Origin: Betaproteobacteria bacterium
Lineage (GTDB): Bacteria; Pseudomonadota; Gammaproteobacteria; Burkholderiales; SG8-39
DNA length: 38,753 nt
Reading direction: 5' to 3'
NCBI GenBank assembly: GCA_025358705.1
Contig: JANYII010000309.1
Coordinates: forward strand, 1-38,753
Each line of letters begins with the position of its first letter. Position 1 is the stretch's first letter. Shown in pieces: positions 30,203 through 38,753 of this stretch. The notes beneath the pieces were generated by a model that had not been told where the DNA came from, ran no database searches, and saw only the letters and a list, made by a program, of their open reading frames with translations. Made by a program: the position numbers and the translations under genes.

Positions 30203-31330
30203 ATGCTTCACATCCACCATGTCAATCTGCAACCCATCGTCGGCGGCGGCGAGGTTTACACGCGCGCGCTTACCCGGGCCCTGGTCGATGCCGGTGCGAA
30301 AGTAACGCTCTATGCGCACCCTTCGGTGCGCCTCTGGGATGGCATGGACGGCCCCGGAATCGAGGTCGTGCGCATCGAGAATGAAGCACGGTTGCTCGAA
30401 CGCCTCCCGGCCAGGGACGCGCTGGTGCTCACGCAATGCCCGATTTCACCCCAAGGCATCGAGCGCCTTGCCGCAACGCACCGGCTCGCGGGATTCGCCC
30501 ACATGCCGATGTACCAGCGCAGCGCCGAGGCTTTCCGCGCCTATCGCCTGGTGATCACGGTGTCGCGCTATTGCATCGACCTGCTGCGCTCGGCCGGCCT
30601 GGAACGGATCTATCCCGAGCCGGTGTACGGCACCGCCGACCTGGCGCGCGGCGATGAGCCGGTCACGCGCCGTTCGCCCTACATCGTCGATCGGAGAAAA
30701 TTCCGGGACATTCTCATCGGTGGATTTGGCGCCCTCGCCGGTATCGCGAACCGGAGGGCAGAGCCATTCCGCAAGCAACCCGGCCTGACGCTCGGCTTGG
30801 TGTCCCTGATATCCCCGATCAAGCAGTTTCCGGAACTGTTTTCGATCCTTGCGCCGATCCTCGCGCGGCGGCCTTCGGTGAACCTGGAAATCTTCGGCCT
30901 CGGCGGCTACGCGCAGGTTCGCGACCTGCGGCGTGCCGTGGCGCCGCTGGCGAGCCGCGCGAGGTTCTGGGGATACCAGACGAATATCGGGGCAATCTAT
31001 CCGCAGCTCGATTACCTGATGACAGGCCTGCCGGAAAAGGAAGCGCTGGGCCTGAACGCGCTGGAAGCCCAGGCCTGCGGCACCCCGGTGCTCGCGCCGG
31101 ATGCGCCGCCATTCACCGAAACCGTGCTGGATGGCGCGAGCGGATTTCGCTATCGCGACCCGCGCCAGGATGGCGGCAGGCACTTCGAACAGATACTCGA
31201 TGCCATTCTCGCCGGCCGCGCGCGGCTCGATCCGCGCGCCGCGGCGCGGGAACACCTCGCGAATTTTTCCTACCCGGCCCTGGTCGAGCGGTCCCGCAAA
31301 TTGGTCGCCGTGCTTTCCGACCTAAAATAG
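30203..31330 (+). CDS. Glycosyltransferase, GT-B fold (family 4-like)
   Basis: Start at ATG 30203; GGGEVY, VSRY, KQFPEL, EALGLNALEAQACGTPVLA, ETVLDGASGF. Confidence 0.85.
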   Translation: MLHIHHVNLQPIVGGGEVYTRALTRALVDAGAKVTLYAHPSVRLWDGMDGPGIEVVRIENEARLLERLPARDALVLTQCPISPQGIERLAATHRLAGFAHMPMYQRSAEAFRAYRLVITVSRYCIDLLRSAGLERIYPEPVYGTADLARGDEPVTRRSPYIVDRRKFRDILIGGFGALAGIANRRAEPFRKQPGLTLGLVSLISPIKQFPELFSILAPILARRPSVNLEIFGLGGYAQVRDLRRAVAPLASRARFWGYQTNIGAIYPQLDYLMTGLPEKEALGLNALEAQACGTPVLAPDAPPFTETVLDGASGFRYRDPRQDGGRHFEQILDAILAGRARLDPRAAAREHLANFSYPALVERSRKLVAVLSDLK

Positions 31331-31334
31331 CTCC

Positions 31335-32783
31335 ATGCCAAGGACTGTCGTTCCCGTGATCCTCTGCGGCGGCGCGGGCAGCCGCCTCTGGCCGGTCTCG
31401 CGCCAGTTGCTGCCCAAGCAGTTCCTGCCGCTCGTCACCGGGCGCACATTGCTGCAGGACACCGCGCTGCGCGCGAAGGAAGCAACCGGGAGCGCGGCAC
31501 CCGCTGCTTCACCCATCGTGATCTGCAATGAAGCGCATCGCTTCCTCGTGAAGGACCAGCTGGCAGAAATCGGGGTCAGCGCCCGCATCGTGCTCGAGCC
31601 GGTGGGCCGCAGCACCGCCGCCGCCGTTGCCGTGGCTGCGATCGCGTGCGAACAGCAGGATCCGGTCCTGCTCATTCTCGCGTCAGACCACGCGATCCGG
31701 GGCGCGGAGGCGTTCAACAGTGCTGTAGCGCTCGCCGCCGAAGTCGCGGCTTCCGGGATGCTGGTGACTTTTGGCATTGCGGCGACGCGACCCGACAGCG
31801 GCTTCGGCTACATCGAGCGCGGAGAGCCCGTGCAGGACGGCGCCAGCGCCGTGTCTGCTCACGCGAAGGCGTACAAAGTTTCGCGTTTCGTCGAGAAACC
31901 CACGCAAGACCAGGCGCGCGACATGATCGCGACCGGGCGCGTGTACTGGAACAGCGGCATGTTCGCCTTCGGCGCGAAGCGCGTCCTGGAAGAACTCGGC
32001 CGCTTCCGGCCGGACATCCTCGAGGCTGCGCGCGCGTCGGTCGCCGCCGCGACGGACGACCTGGGCTTCCTCAGGCTGGGCAAGGAGGCGTTCCTCGCCT
32101 GCCCCGCGGAAGCCATCGACCGCGCCGTGATGGAGCGCACCGCGCACGCCGCCGTGATCCCGGCGGATTTCGGCTGGAGCGACGTCGGTTCGTGGTCCGC
32201 GCTCTGGGACCTGGCGGAGAAGGATGCCGCGGGCAATGCGGCGCGCGGCGACGTGCAGCTGCAGGACACGCGCGACTCCCTGATATTCGGCGACCGGCGC
32301 CTGATCGCGACATTGGGCGTGGACGGCCTGGTCATCGTGGACACCGACGACGCGCTGCTGGTGGCGGCAAGATCGCGCAGCCAGGACGTGCGCGAAGTGG
32401 TCGAAGACCTGAAACGCGCCAATCGATCGGAGCACCTCGGCCACCGCCGCGTCTACCGGCCCTGGGGCTACTACGAATCCGTGGACGCCGGCGAGCGCTT
32501 CCAGGTCAAGCGCCTGATGGTGAAGCCGGGACACGCCCTATCGCTCCAATTGCACCGCAAGCGCGCCGAGCACTGGGTGGTCGTGTCGGGGCGCGCGCGC
32601 GTGACGCGCGGCGAGGACACGCTCTACCTCGAAGAGAACCAGTCCACTTTCATTCCCGTCGGCACCAAGCACCGCCTCGAGAACGCGGGCGAAGCGCCGC
32701 TGCTGATCATCGAGGTGCAGTCGGGCAGCTACCTCGGCGAGGACGACATCGAGCGCTTCGAAGACCGCTACGGGCGGGGCTGA
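31335..32783 (+). CDS. manC: Mannose-1-phosphate guanylyltransferase / mannose-6-phosphate isomerase
   Basis: PVILCGGAGSRLWPVSR..PKQF, FVEKP, WNSGMF, GWSDVGSW, RPWGYY, LSLQLH..RAEHWVVV, YLGEDDIERFED. Confidence 0.95.
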   Translation: MPRTVVPVILCGGAGSRLWPVSRQLLPKQFLPLVTGRTLLQDTALRAKEATGSAAPAASPIVICNEAHRFLVKDQLAEIGVSARIVLEPVGRSTAAAVAVAAIACEQQDPVLLILASDHAIRGAEAFNSAVALAAEVAASGMLVTFGIAATRPDSGFGYIERGEPVQDGASAVSAHAKAYKVSRFVEKPTQDQARDMIATGRVYWNSGMFAFGAKRVLEELGRFRPDILEAARASVAAATDDLGFLRLGKEAFLACPAEAIDRAVMERTAHAAVIPADFGWSDVGSWSALWDLAEKDAAGNAARGDVQLQDTRDSLIFGDRRLIATLGVDGLVIVDTDDALLVAARSRSQDVREVVEDLKRANRSEHLGHRRVYRPWGYYESVDAGERFQVKRLMVKPGHALSLQLHRKRAEHWVVVSGRARVTRGEDTLYLEENQSTFIPVGTKHRLENAGEAPLLIIEVQSGSYLGEDDIERFEDRYGRG

Positions 32784-33919
32784 TTGCCGCCGGCGAGGCT
32801 GGTGTACTCCCGCAGCAGCATTGCTTCCAGTTTCTCAGAGTCGAAATCCGAGACCACGCGTTCACGCGCCGCCGTGCCCATCGCATCGCGGACATTGTCG
32901 TCCGCCAGCAGTTTCTCAAGGGCAGCGGCCAGCGCCGGCGCGTCCTTCGGCGGCACCAGCAACCCGGTCTTGCCGCCCACCACGGCATCGCTCAGCCCGA
33001 CGATGGCAGTGCCGACGCAGGGCACGCCCAGCGCCGCAGCTTCGATCACGACGATACCGAATCCTTCCCGGTAGCTCGGCAGGCAGAGCAAGTCGGCAAA
33101 TGCGAGGTAGTGCTCGGGATTCGGGACATAGCCCGTCGGATAAATCGCCGGATTGCGTTCAATCTCGGCGAGCGTCTGCGCGGGCAGCGGATCGCGCTCC
33201 GGCTCCAGCGGCCCGACCAGGACGAGCGCCGCATTCTTCAGGCGGCCGAAAGCGTCCACGAGCTCCGCGATGCCCTTGTCGCGCGTCACCCGGCCGACGA
33301 ACGCGATCACTTTCGCGTTCTGCGGTATTCCGAGACCTGCCCTCGCCTGCATCGCGGCCGCGCGCAGCCTGGTCCTGTCGAATCGCTTCAGGTTCACGCC
33401 CGCCAGCGAACCCATGCCGCGCACATGCACGGCCCCGGGCCCGCAGATTCCCTCGGCGACGAGGAAATCCCGCTGCGAAACGCTGTCGGCGTAGCAGCGG
33501 GTATTCAGTCCGGTGATCACCCGGTCCGCGAGCCGGCCCAGCCAGCGCACCGCGCCTTTGCGTTCCGCCCAGGCCTGGCCGGTGAAGCTATGCAGGCGCA
33601 CCGGGACGCCGCAAAGCCAGCCCGCGATCGCCGCGAGCAATCCTGCCTTGGGCGTGATCGAGTGGACCAGGTCAGGATTCAGCCTCCTGAGATTCCCATA
33701 CAGCCGGACCAGCGCCACGAGGTCCCTGAGCGGAGAAATCTGGCGCGGAATATCCATCGCCACGACGCTTGCCGTGCCCAGCGCCGCGATCCGGTCGAAG
33801 CCTTCCGCGCGGCTGGTGATGACGTGCACCTCGTGACCGGCGGCGGCCAACGCGCGGATCTCGCCATCCAGGTGATGGAGCACGGGAAACGGGATGGTCG
33901 CGATTCGGACAATGCGCAT
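32768..33919 (-). CDS. Glycosyltransferase family 4 (CapM-like)
   Basis: HSITPKAGLL, HSFTGQ, GSLAGV, FVGRVTRDKGI.EL, LPSYREGFG.VVIEAAA.GVP. Confidence 0.9.
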   Translation of the reverse strand: MRIVRIATIPFPVLHHLDGEIRALAAAGHEVHVITSRAEGFDRIAALGTASVVAMDIPRQISPLRDLVALVRLYGNLRRLNPDLVHSITPKAGLLAAIAGWLCGVPVRLHSFTGQAWAERKGAVRWLGRLADRVITGLNTRCYADSVSQRDFLVAEGICGPGAVHVRGMGSLAGVNLKRFDRTRLRAAAMQARAGLGIPQNAKVIAFVGRVTRDKGIAELVDAFGRLKNAALVLVGPLEPERDPLPAQTLAEIERNPAIYPTGYVPNPEHYLAFADLLCLPSYREGFGIVVIEAAALGVPCVGTAIVGLSDAVVGGKTGLLVPPKDAPALAAALEKLLADDNVRDAMGTAARERVVSDFDSEKLEAMLLREYTSLAGGNQPRP

Positions 33920-34860
33920 CAGTTTCCAGTCCCGCGCGCGGCATGTTTCCAGGCTGCCGCGAGCTGCTGCACTCCGGCCTGCACGGAGACCTCGTGCCGA
34001 TAGCCGATATTTTCAAGGCGATGGATCGGGTAGCGCACGCGCCGGGTCAGTACCTCCAGCCTCGCGCGGCTGAGCGGAAATCCAGGCAATGACCCGCACA
34101 GCGCCACCAGGGCGGCGACCGGCGTTTTCGGCAAGCGGAGCCGGGGCGGCGGCCGGCCGAGACCGGCGCAGATCGCCGCGACCAGCGCTTCCATGGAAAT
34201 GTCGTCGGAGAGATTGAACGTCCCGCCGGCGGCGGCGGGCGCGAAGGCGCACAGTTCAAGCGCCGCGGCGACGTTGTCGACGTAGATGAAGTTTGCGACC
34301 GCCGCGGGCGCACCGACATAGAAGAAAACTCCACGGTCGATTGCGGCGATCATGCCCTTCAGCCCCTGCGCCGACATTGCGGGCCCGAACACGCCGGAGG
34401 GACGGACGATGACTCGCTCGAAGGCGCCCTGCCGGGCGGCCGCCTCGACCAGCCCGTCCGATTCCAGCTTGGTGCGCTCATAGGCATTCACCGGCCGCGG
34501 CGGGAATGCCTCATCGATATCGCCGGACGGCGGCGCGCCGTAAACGCCGATGCTCGAAAGCTGCACCCAGCGCCGAACCTTGCCGCGCGCCGCCTCCACC
34601 AGGCGCCGCGTGCCCTCGACATTGACCGGCGCCATGCGCGATTCGTCGCGCAACTCCGCCGCGCAGTGGATGAGCACGTCCGCGTCCTGCAGGAAGGAGG
34701 AGGGAATCCCCTCCTCCAGGCTGCCTTCGACCGGTTCGCATCCGGCCGGCGCGCGTGCCGCCGAACGCGTCAGCGCGCGAATCCGGTGACCGCGCTGCGC
34801 CAGCCGCGCCGCGAGCCGGCGGCCGACGAACCCGGTGGCGCCTGTCAATGCAACTAGCAC
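33919..34860 (-). CDS. NAD-dependent epimerase/dehydratase family protein
   Basis: TGATGFVG, HCAA, NVEGT, LSSIGVYG, catalytic YERTK, YVDNVA. Confidence 0.9.
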   Translation of the reverse strand: MLVALTGATGFVGRRLAARLAQRGHRIRALTRSAARAPAGCEPVEGSLEEGIPSSFLQDADVLIHCAAELRDESRMAPVNVEGTRRLVEAARGKVRRWVQLSSIGVYGAPPSGDIDEAFPPRPVNAYERTKLESDGLVEAAARQGAFERVIVRPSGVFGPAMSAQGLKGMIAAIDRGVFFYVGAPAAVANFIYVDNVAAALELCAFAPAAAGGTFNLSDDISMEALVAAICAGLGRPPPRLRLPKTPVAALVALCGSLPGFPLSRARLEVLTRRVRYPIHRLENIGYRHEVSVQAGVQQLAAAWKHAARGTGN

Positions 34861-34876
34861 GATGCGGCAATGGAGT

Positions 34877-35722
34877 TCAGACGGTCCACTTGCGCTTGCG
34901 CAGGGTCAGCAGGCGGAACAGGTCGGCCAGCCAGTGCAGCGCGCGCGGCCCGGCGAGCCGGTAAACGACCAGCCCGGCGCGCGCCATCAGCGTCTTGAGC
35001 AGCAAGCGCGGTGACGCCGCGCGCAGGCCGTTCTTGCGCCTCGCCCGGCGTATCTCCTCCAGGCCGAGGAGCATGTTCTCGGGCTTGCCGCTGATTCCGC
35101 CGATCTGCATGTCGACCGTCACCAGTTCATCCAGGCACAGGGCATTGCGCGCGGCAAGTTCGCGCAGGAGCAGATCGTAGTCGCCGGCAATGCGGAAGGA
35201 CTCGTCGTACCGGCCGTGCTCCTCGAACAGCGAGCGATGGTGCAGCGCCCCCGGATGCGGCAGCATGGTCAGCCCGGCGATAAACGCGGCGCGGATTTCC
35301 GGCCAGGGCCGGTGGAGCGTTTCGAGCAGCTTGCCGCCCGCATCGACGATATTCAGGCGTCCATAGACGAGCCGCACGCCCGGCAGGGCGCCAGCCAGGT
35401 GCGGCGCCATGCGCGCCAGGACATCCGCGTCATGAAAACGGTCGTCCGCGCCGAGAAAGCAGATCCATTCACCGCGCGCGTGCGGCAGCGCCTTGTTCCA
35501 GGCGTGGTAGACGCCCGTATCGGCGCCGGATTCCCAGTGCGCGATCGACGACGCGCGCGAGCGAACCAGGTCCAGCGTTGCGTCGCTCGAGCCGCCGTCG
35601 ATGACGATGGTTTCGTGGTCGCCGTAGGCCTGCGCGGCGATGCTGTCCAGGCAACGCCCGAGGACATCGGCATTGTTCAGCACCGCGATGACGATGGAAA
35701 TCCGTGGTTGCCTGGATGCCAT
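34877..35722 (-). CDS. Glycosyltransferase family 2
   Basis: Start at ATG 35722; ISIVIAVLN, IDGGSSDAT, DTGVYHAWNK, FLGADD, FRIAGDYD. Confidence 0.9.
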   Translation of the reverse strand: MASRQPRISIVIAVLNNADVLGRCLDSIAAQAYGDHETIVIDGGSSDATLDLVRSRASSIAHWESGADTGVYHAWNKALPHARGEWICFLGADDRFHDADVLARMAPHLAGALPGVRLVYGRLNIVDAGGKLLETLHRPWPEIRAAFIAGLTMLPHPGALHHRSLFEEHGRYDESFRIAGDYDLLLRELAARNALCLDELVTVDMQIGGISGKPENMLLGLEEIRRARRKNGLRAASPRLLLKTLMARAGLVVYRLAGPRALHWLADLFRLLTLRKRKWTV

Positions 35723-35735
35723 GCAGGGCCGCGCC

Positions 35736-36686
35736 CTAGAGATTCGCCCACGCGAGCCTGCCGGCAAGCCAGTGGATCACGCGACCGGCGGCACCGAAAC
35801 GCCGCCCCGCCACGGGACGCCACACTACCGCCATGCCCAGCGCCGCCATCTCGCCCACCGCCACGCGCAGCGCATCGAGATAGCGCTCGTATACCCACCG
35901 GTTGCCGCGCCCTATCGAATACGAGGTGTAAAGGATCAGGCGCTTCGGGCCGATGAATTTCAGACCATGGAAATGATAGAACACCGGCCGCAGCCCGCCC
36001 GGGCCCCGGCTCAAATAGGCCACGTTCCAGGGCGCCACGGTGCGGTCGCGCTGCTCCAGCACATGCACCTCCGCGGCGAAACGCCGCGGCCAGTCGTCGA
36101 GGTATTTCTGGTCGCCGAACTTGCCGTCCTCGTCTCGCGCGTAACACCACTCGATGCAGCGGTCCTGCCACCAGCGCAGCACGCGATGACCGGCTTCGCT
36201 GTTCCTGAAAAGCATGAACTGGACGCAGAAGCGGCCGAATTTTTCCCTCGCGGCGTACTCCGGCGCGAAGGCATGCTCGGTAATCAGGACATGCTTGCCG
36301 GAGCGCTCGAACTCCACCACCAGCCCCGCCCAGCCGTCGAAGAAGAACAGGTCGGCGTCCAGGTAAGTCACGCGCGCGACGCCGGGAGCGCGGCCGAAGA
36401 CGCAATCCGGCAGAAACGGCGTCAGCGTCCAGCAATACTCGGCGATCGACCGGTCGGCCTTGACCGCGCGCAGGCGATCGTTTTCGACGTCCTGCAGGGA
36501 CAGGACGGTGACGTTCGCGAGCGCAAGCCTGCGCAGAGCCTGGCCGCAGGCGTCGTCCATCGCCACGATCCAAAGGTGGAAGGGCGCGCCCTGCTTCGCC
36601 AGCGACCGGTGCAGCGACAATCCCTGCGGCAGGTAATGGCTGTCGAACAGGGTGACGAAATGCTCGCTTTCGCTAGCGGAATGCAT
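35736..36686 (-). CDS. Putative glycosyltransferase (GT-A-like, DxD motif)
   Basis: FVTLFDSHYL..GL.L..SL, EYCWTLTP, TYLDADLFFF, FGDQKYLDDWP, APWN, FYHFHG; lies inside the polysaccharide operon. Confidence 0.75.
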   Translation of the reverse strand: MHSASESEHFVTLFDSHYLPQGLSLHRSLAKQGAPFHLWIVAMDDACGQALRRLALANVTVLSLQDVENDRLRAVKADRSIAEYCWTLTPFLPDCVFGRAPGVARVTYLDADLFFFDGWAGLVVEFERSGKHVLITEHAFAPEYAAREKFGRFCVQFMLFRNSEAGHRVLRWWQDRCIEWCYARDEDGKFGDQKYLDDWPRRFAAEVHVLEQRDRTVAPWNVAYLSRGPGGLRPVFYHFHGLKFIGPKRLILYTSYSIGRGNRWVYERYLDALRVAVGEMAALGMAVVWRPVAGRRFGAAGRVIHWLAGRLAWANL

Positions 36687-37770
36687 TCAGCGCTTCGATC
36701 ACCGTCCCGACGTCGGCGTCGGACATCTGCGGTTGGCAGGGAATTGAAAGGCAGGTCCTGGCGTGCTTCTCGGAATGGGCGAGGCCCCGGGGATCGCGTC
36801 GCAATCCGCTGCACGGCGCCTGCAGGTGCGCCGGGATCGGGTAGTGGATCAGGCTCTCGATGCCCCGCTCCTTCAGATGTTGCGCCAGCCGGTCGCGCTC
36901 CTCGCAGGCGATGACGAAGAGGTGATAGACGTGCGCCGACTCTTCCACCGGCAGGGCAAGCAGCCGCAGCGCGTGATTGCGTATGCCCTCGTGGTAGCGC
37001 GCAGCGATCGCGCGCCGCCGCTCGATGAAGCGGTCCAGCCACGGCAGGCGCGCCTCGAGCAGCGCCGCCTGCAATTCGTCCAGGCGGCTGTTCATCCCCA
37101 GGCGGCTGTGCTCGTAACGGTTCTCCTGCCCGTAATTCCGCAGGATGCGGGCCGAGGCGCCGATCTGCGGATCGTCGGTGACGAGGGCCCCCGCGTCGCC
37201 GATCGCGCCGAGATTCTTGGTTGGATAGAAACTGTAGGCGCCCCACGCGCCGAAAGTGCCCGCCGTCTTTCCGCCGACGCGCGCCGAATGCGCCTGCGCA
37301 CAGTCCTCCGCGAGGACGAGTCCGCGATCGCGGCACAGCGCCACCCAGGGCGCCATGCCGGGCATCCGGCCGTACAGGTGCACCAGCAGTATCGCCTTCG
37401 TGCGGGCCGTGATGCTTCGCTCGGCGCTGCGCAAGTCGAGCAACGCGCTCTGGGGCTCGATGTCCGCCAATACCGGCGTCGCGCCGGCGCGCAGGATGCC
37501 GAGGATGGTCGCAAACGCGGTCATCGGAGTGGGGATCACCTCGTCGCCTTCGCCCAGGCCGAGCGAGCGTATGCCGATCTCGATCGCATCCAGCCCGTTG
37601 CCCACGCCGACCGCGTGCGCGGCGCCGCAGTGCCCGGCCCAGTGCTTCTCGAATTGCTCCACCTGCGTGCCGAGCACGTACCAACCGGAGCGAATCACCC
37701 GCTCGGCGGCGCGGACCTCGGCCTGCAGCAGGGCCTCCGGCTCGCCGCCGAAATCGTTCATCCGGATCAT
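36673..37770 (-). CDS. DegT/DnrJ/EryC1/StrS family PLP-dependent sugar aminotransferase
   Basis: Start at ATG 37770 (ATGA overlap); SGWYVLG, VGNGLDA, VHLYG, EDCAQAH, SFYPTKNLG (PLP lysine), GMNSRLDELQAA. Confidence 0.93.
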   Translation of the reverse strand: MIRMNDFGGEPEALLQAEVRAAERVIRSGWYVLGTQVEQFEKHWAGHCGAAHAVGVGNGLDAIEIGIRSLGLGEGDEVIPTPMTAFATILGILRAGATPVLADIEPQSALLDLRSAERSITARTKAILLVHLYGRMPGMAPWVALCRDRGLVLAEDCAQAHSARVGGKTAGTFGAWGAYSFYPTKNLGAIGDAGALVTDDPQIGASARILRNYGQENRYEHSRLGMNSRLDELQAALLEARLPWLDRFIERRRAIAARYHEGIRNHALRLLALPVEESAHVYHLFVIACEERDRLAQHLKERGIESLIHYPIPAHLQAPCSGLRRDPRGLAHSEKHARTCLSIPCQPQMSDADVGTVIEALNAFR

Positions 37771-38702
37771 GTGCGGTCCCAATAGCTGGACGCGTTTTGG
37801 GAATAGTAAGCCAGCGTACGCGTCAGGCCGCTCTCCAGGCCGACCTTGGGCGACCAGCCCAGTTCGTTCTCGATCATGGCGAAATCCCCGTAATAGTCGC
37901 CGATGTCGATCGCCTTGCGCGCCGGAGGGAACGGCACCAGCTGCTGCGTGCCGCCGCCGTGCAGCCGGACCATCAGCTCGGCGAGCGCCCCCAGGCTCAC
38001 GATTTCCTTCGATCCCAGGTTGTAGCACTTGCCAAGCGCCCTGGCGTCCGTCGCCGCCAGCAGCAATGCGTCGACCACGTCGTCGACATAATTGAAATCG
38101 CGCAGCTGCCTGCCGTCGCCGAATACCTGGATCGGCGCGCCATCGACGAGATTGCGCACCCAGACGCCAAGAAACGTCTGCCTCGCATCCTTCACCCGCA
38201 TCCCGGGCCCGTAGGTATTGGTCAGGCGCAGCGCGGCCGTGGCGATGCCGTAGACGCCGTGATAAAGGAGGTGGTACCACTCCCCGGCAAGCTTGTTGAT
38301 CCCGTTGACGTCGACGGGCCGTATCGGATGCTTCTCGTCCACCGGCAGGTATTGCGGCTTGCCGTACAGTTGCCGCGTGCTGGCGAAAACAATGCGCACG
38401 CCGGGATTGTTCACCCGGCAGGCTTCGAGAATCGACAACTGGGCGGCGGCGTTGATCGCAAGATCGGTCTGCGGATCGGTCATCGAATCCAGGTGGCTCG
38501 TCTGTCCGGCGAGGTTGAACAGGAAATCGCAACCCTGCAGGTGGCCGGCCATCGAACGCGCATCCCGGACGTCGCTCACGTCCACCGTCACCTGCCCGGC
38601 GATGTCCTGGATATTGAAGCGATTGCCGCCGTAGGCCGGGTTCAGGCTGTCCACCAGGGTCACGCGCGCGCCCATGCCGACCAGGCGGCGGGCCAGATTC
38701 GA
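37767..38702 (-). CDS. NAD-dependent nucleotide-sugar epimerase/dehydratase, 5' end missing
   Basis: The frame continues upstream of ATG 38675 as SNLARRLVG, the helix that follows a Rossmann glycine motif, then breaks at the inverted segment. FNLAGQTSH, ASTRQLYG, LRLTNTYGP, RDFNYVDD. Confidence 0.9.
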   Translation of the reverse strand, partial: SNLARRLVGMGARVTLVDSLNPAYGGNRFNIQDIAGQVTVDVSDVRDARSMAGHLQGCDFLFNLAGQTSHLDSMTDPQTDLAINAAAQLSILEACRVNNPGVRIVFASTRQLYGKPQYLPVDEKHPIRPVDVNGINKLAGEWYHLLYHGVYGIATAALRLTNTYGPGMRVKDARQTFLGVWVRNLVDGAPIQVFGDGRQLRDFNYVDDVVDALLLAATDARALGKCYNLGSKEIVSLGALAELMVRLHGGGTQQLVPFPPARKAIDIGDYYGDFAMIENELGWSPKVGLESGLTRTLAYYSQNASSYWDRT

Positions 38703-38753
38703 TGACCGATCCGCAGACCGATCTTGCGATCAACGCCGCCGCCCAGTTGTCGA
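38696..38753. repeat. 58-bp exact inverted copy of 38432-38489 at the sequence end (probable chimeric or assembly artefact)
   Basis: Base-by-base reverse-complement identity; it replaces the expected N-terminus of the epimerase. Confidence 0.9.

Noticed and set aside
31646-34003. 785-aa plus-strand ORF
   Set aside because: Arg/Gly-rich off-frame reading of manC joined to the antisense of the GT4 gene.
37771-38733. Apparent 686-aa fusion protein ending in the aminotransferase
   Set aside because: The upstream half is an off-frame reading of the epimerase gene; the aminotransferase starts at 37770 with an ATGA overlap.
38696-38753. Terminal inverted repeat as a transposon end or invertible element
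   Set aside because: Its partner copy is ordinary coding sequence inside the epimerase, there is no transposase or recombinase, and it lies at the very end of the sequence.

Overview
A GC-rich, gene-dense chromosomal segment of a betaproteobacterium, inferred from gene content and order. It is mostly core genes. From left to right: aceE (cut by the window start) divergent from folD-prlC-DUF4124/glutaredoxin-xth; an orphan membrane protein; malate synthase aceB divergent from an uncharacterised ketopantoate-reductase-like protein; glnA-DUF4124-ntrB-ntrC with a clear sigma54 promoter and tandem NtrC sites; a rhodanese; a TPP-riboswitch-led thiC-hydrolase-uppP run; a TetR-RND-pcm-tolC efflux run; and an LPS core/surface polysaccharide cluster (waaA, waaC, glycosyltransferases, DUF4254, manC, epimerases, DegT-type aminotransferase). 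I saw no rRNA, tRNA, CRISPR array, transposase, prophage or defence system, and no clear-cut new multi-gene system. The best candidate for undescribed biology is the aceB / KPR-like oxidoreductase divergon, which has mirror-image promoters around an inverted repeat. Other notable signals are bidirectional -10 elements at four divergent gene pairs, a TPP aptamer that contains its own ribosome-binding site, and a probable CTG start. The last 58 bp are an inverted copy of an internal segment, probably a chimeric artefact. All family assignments come from motif recognition by eye, not database searches.
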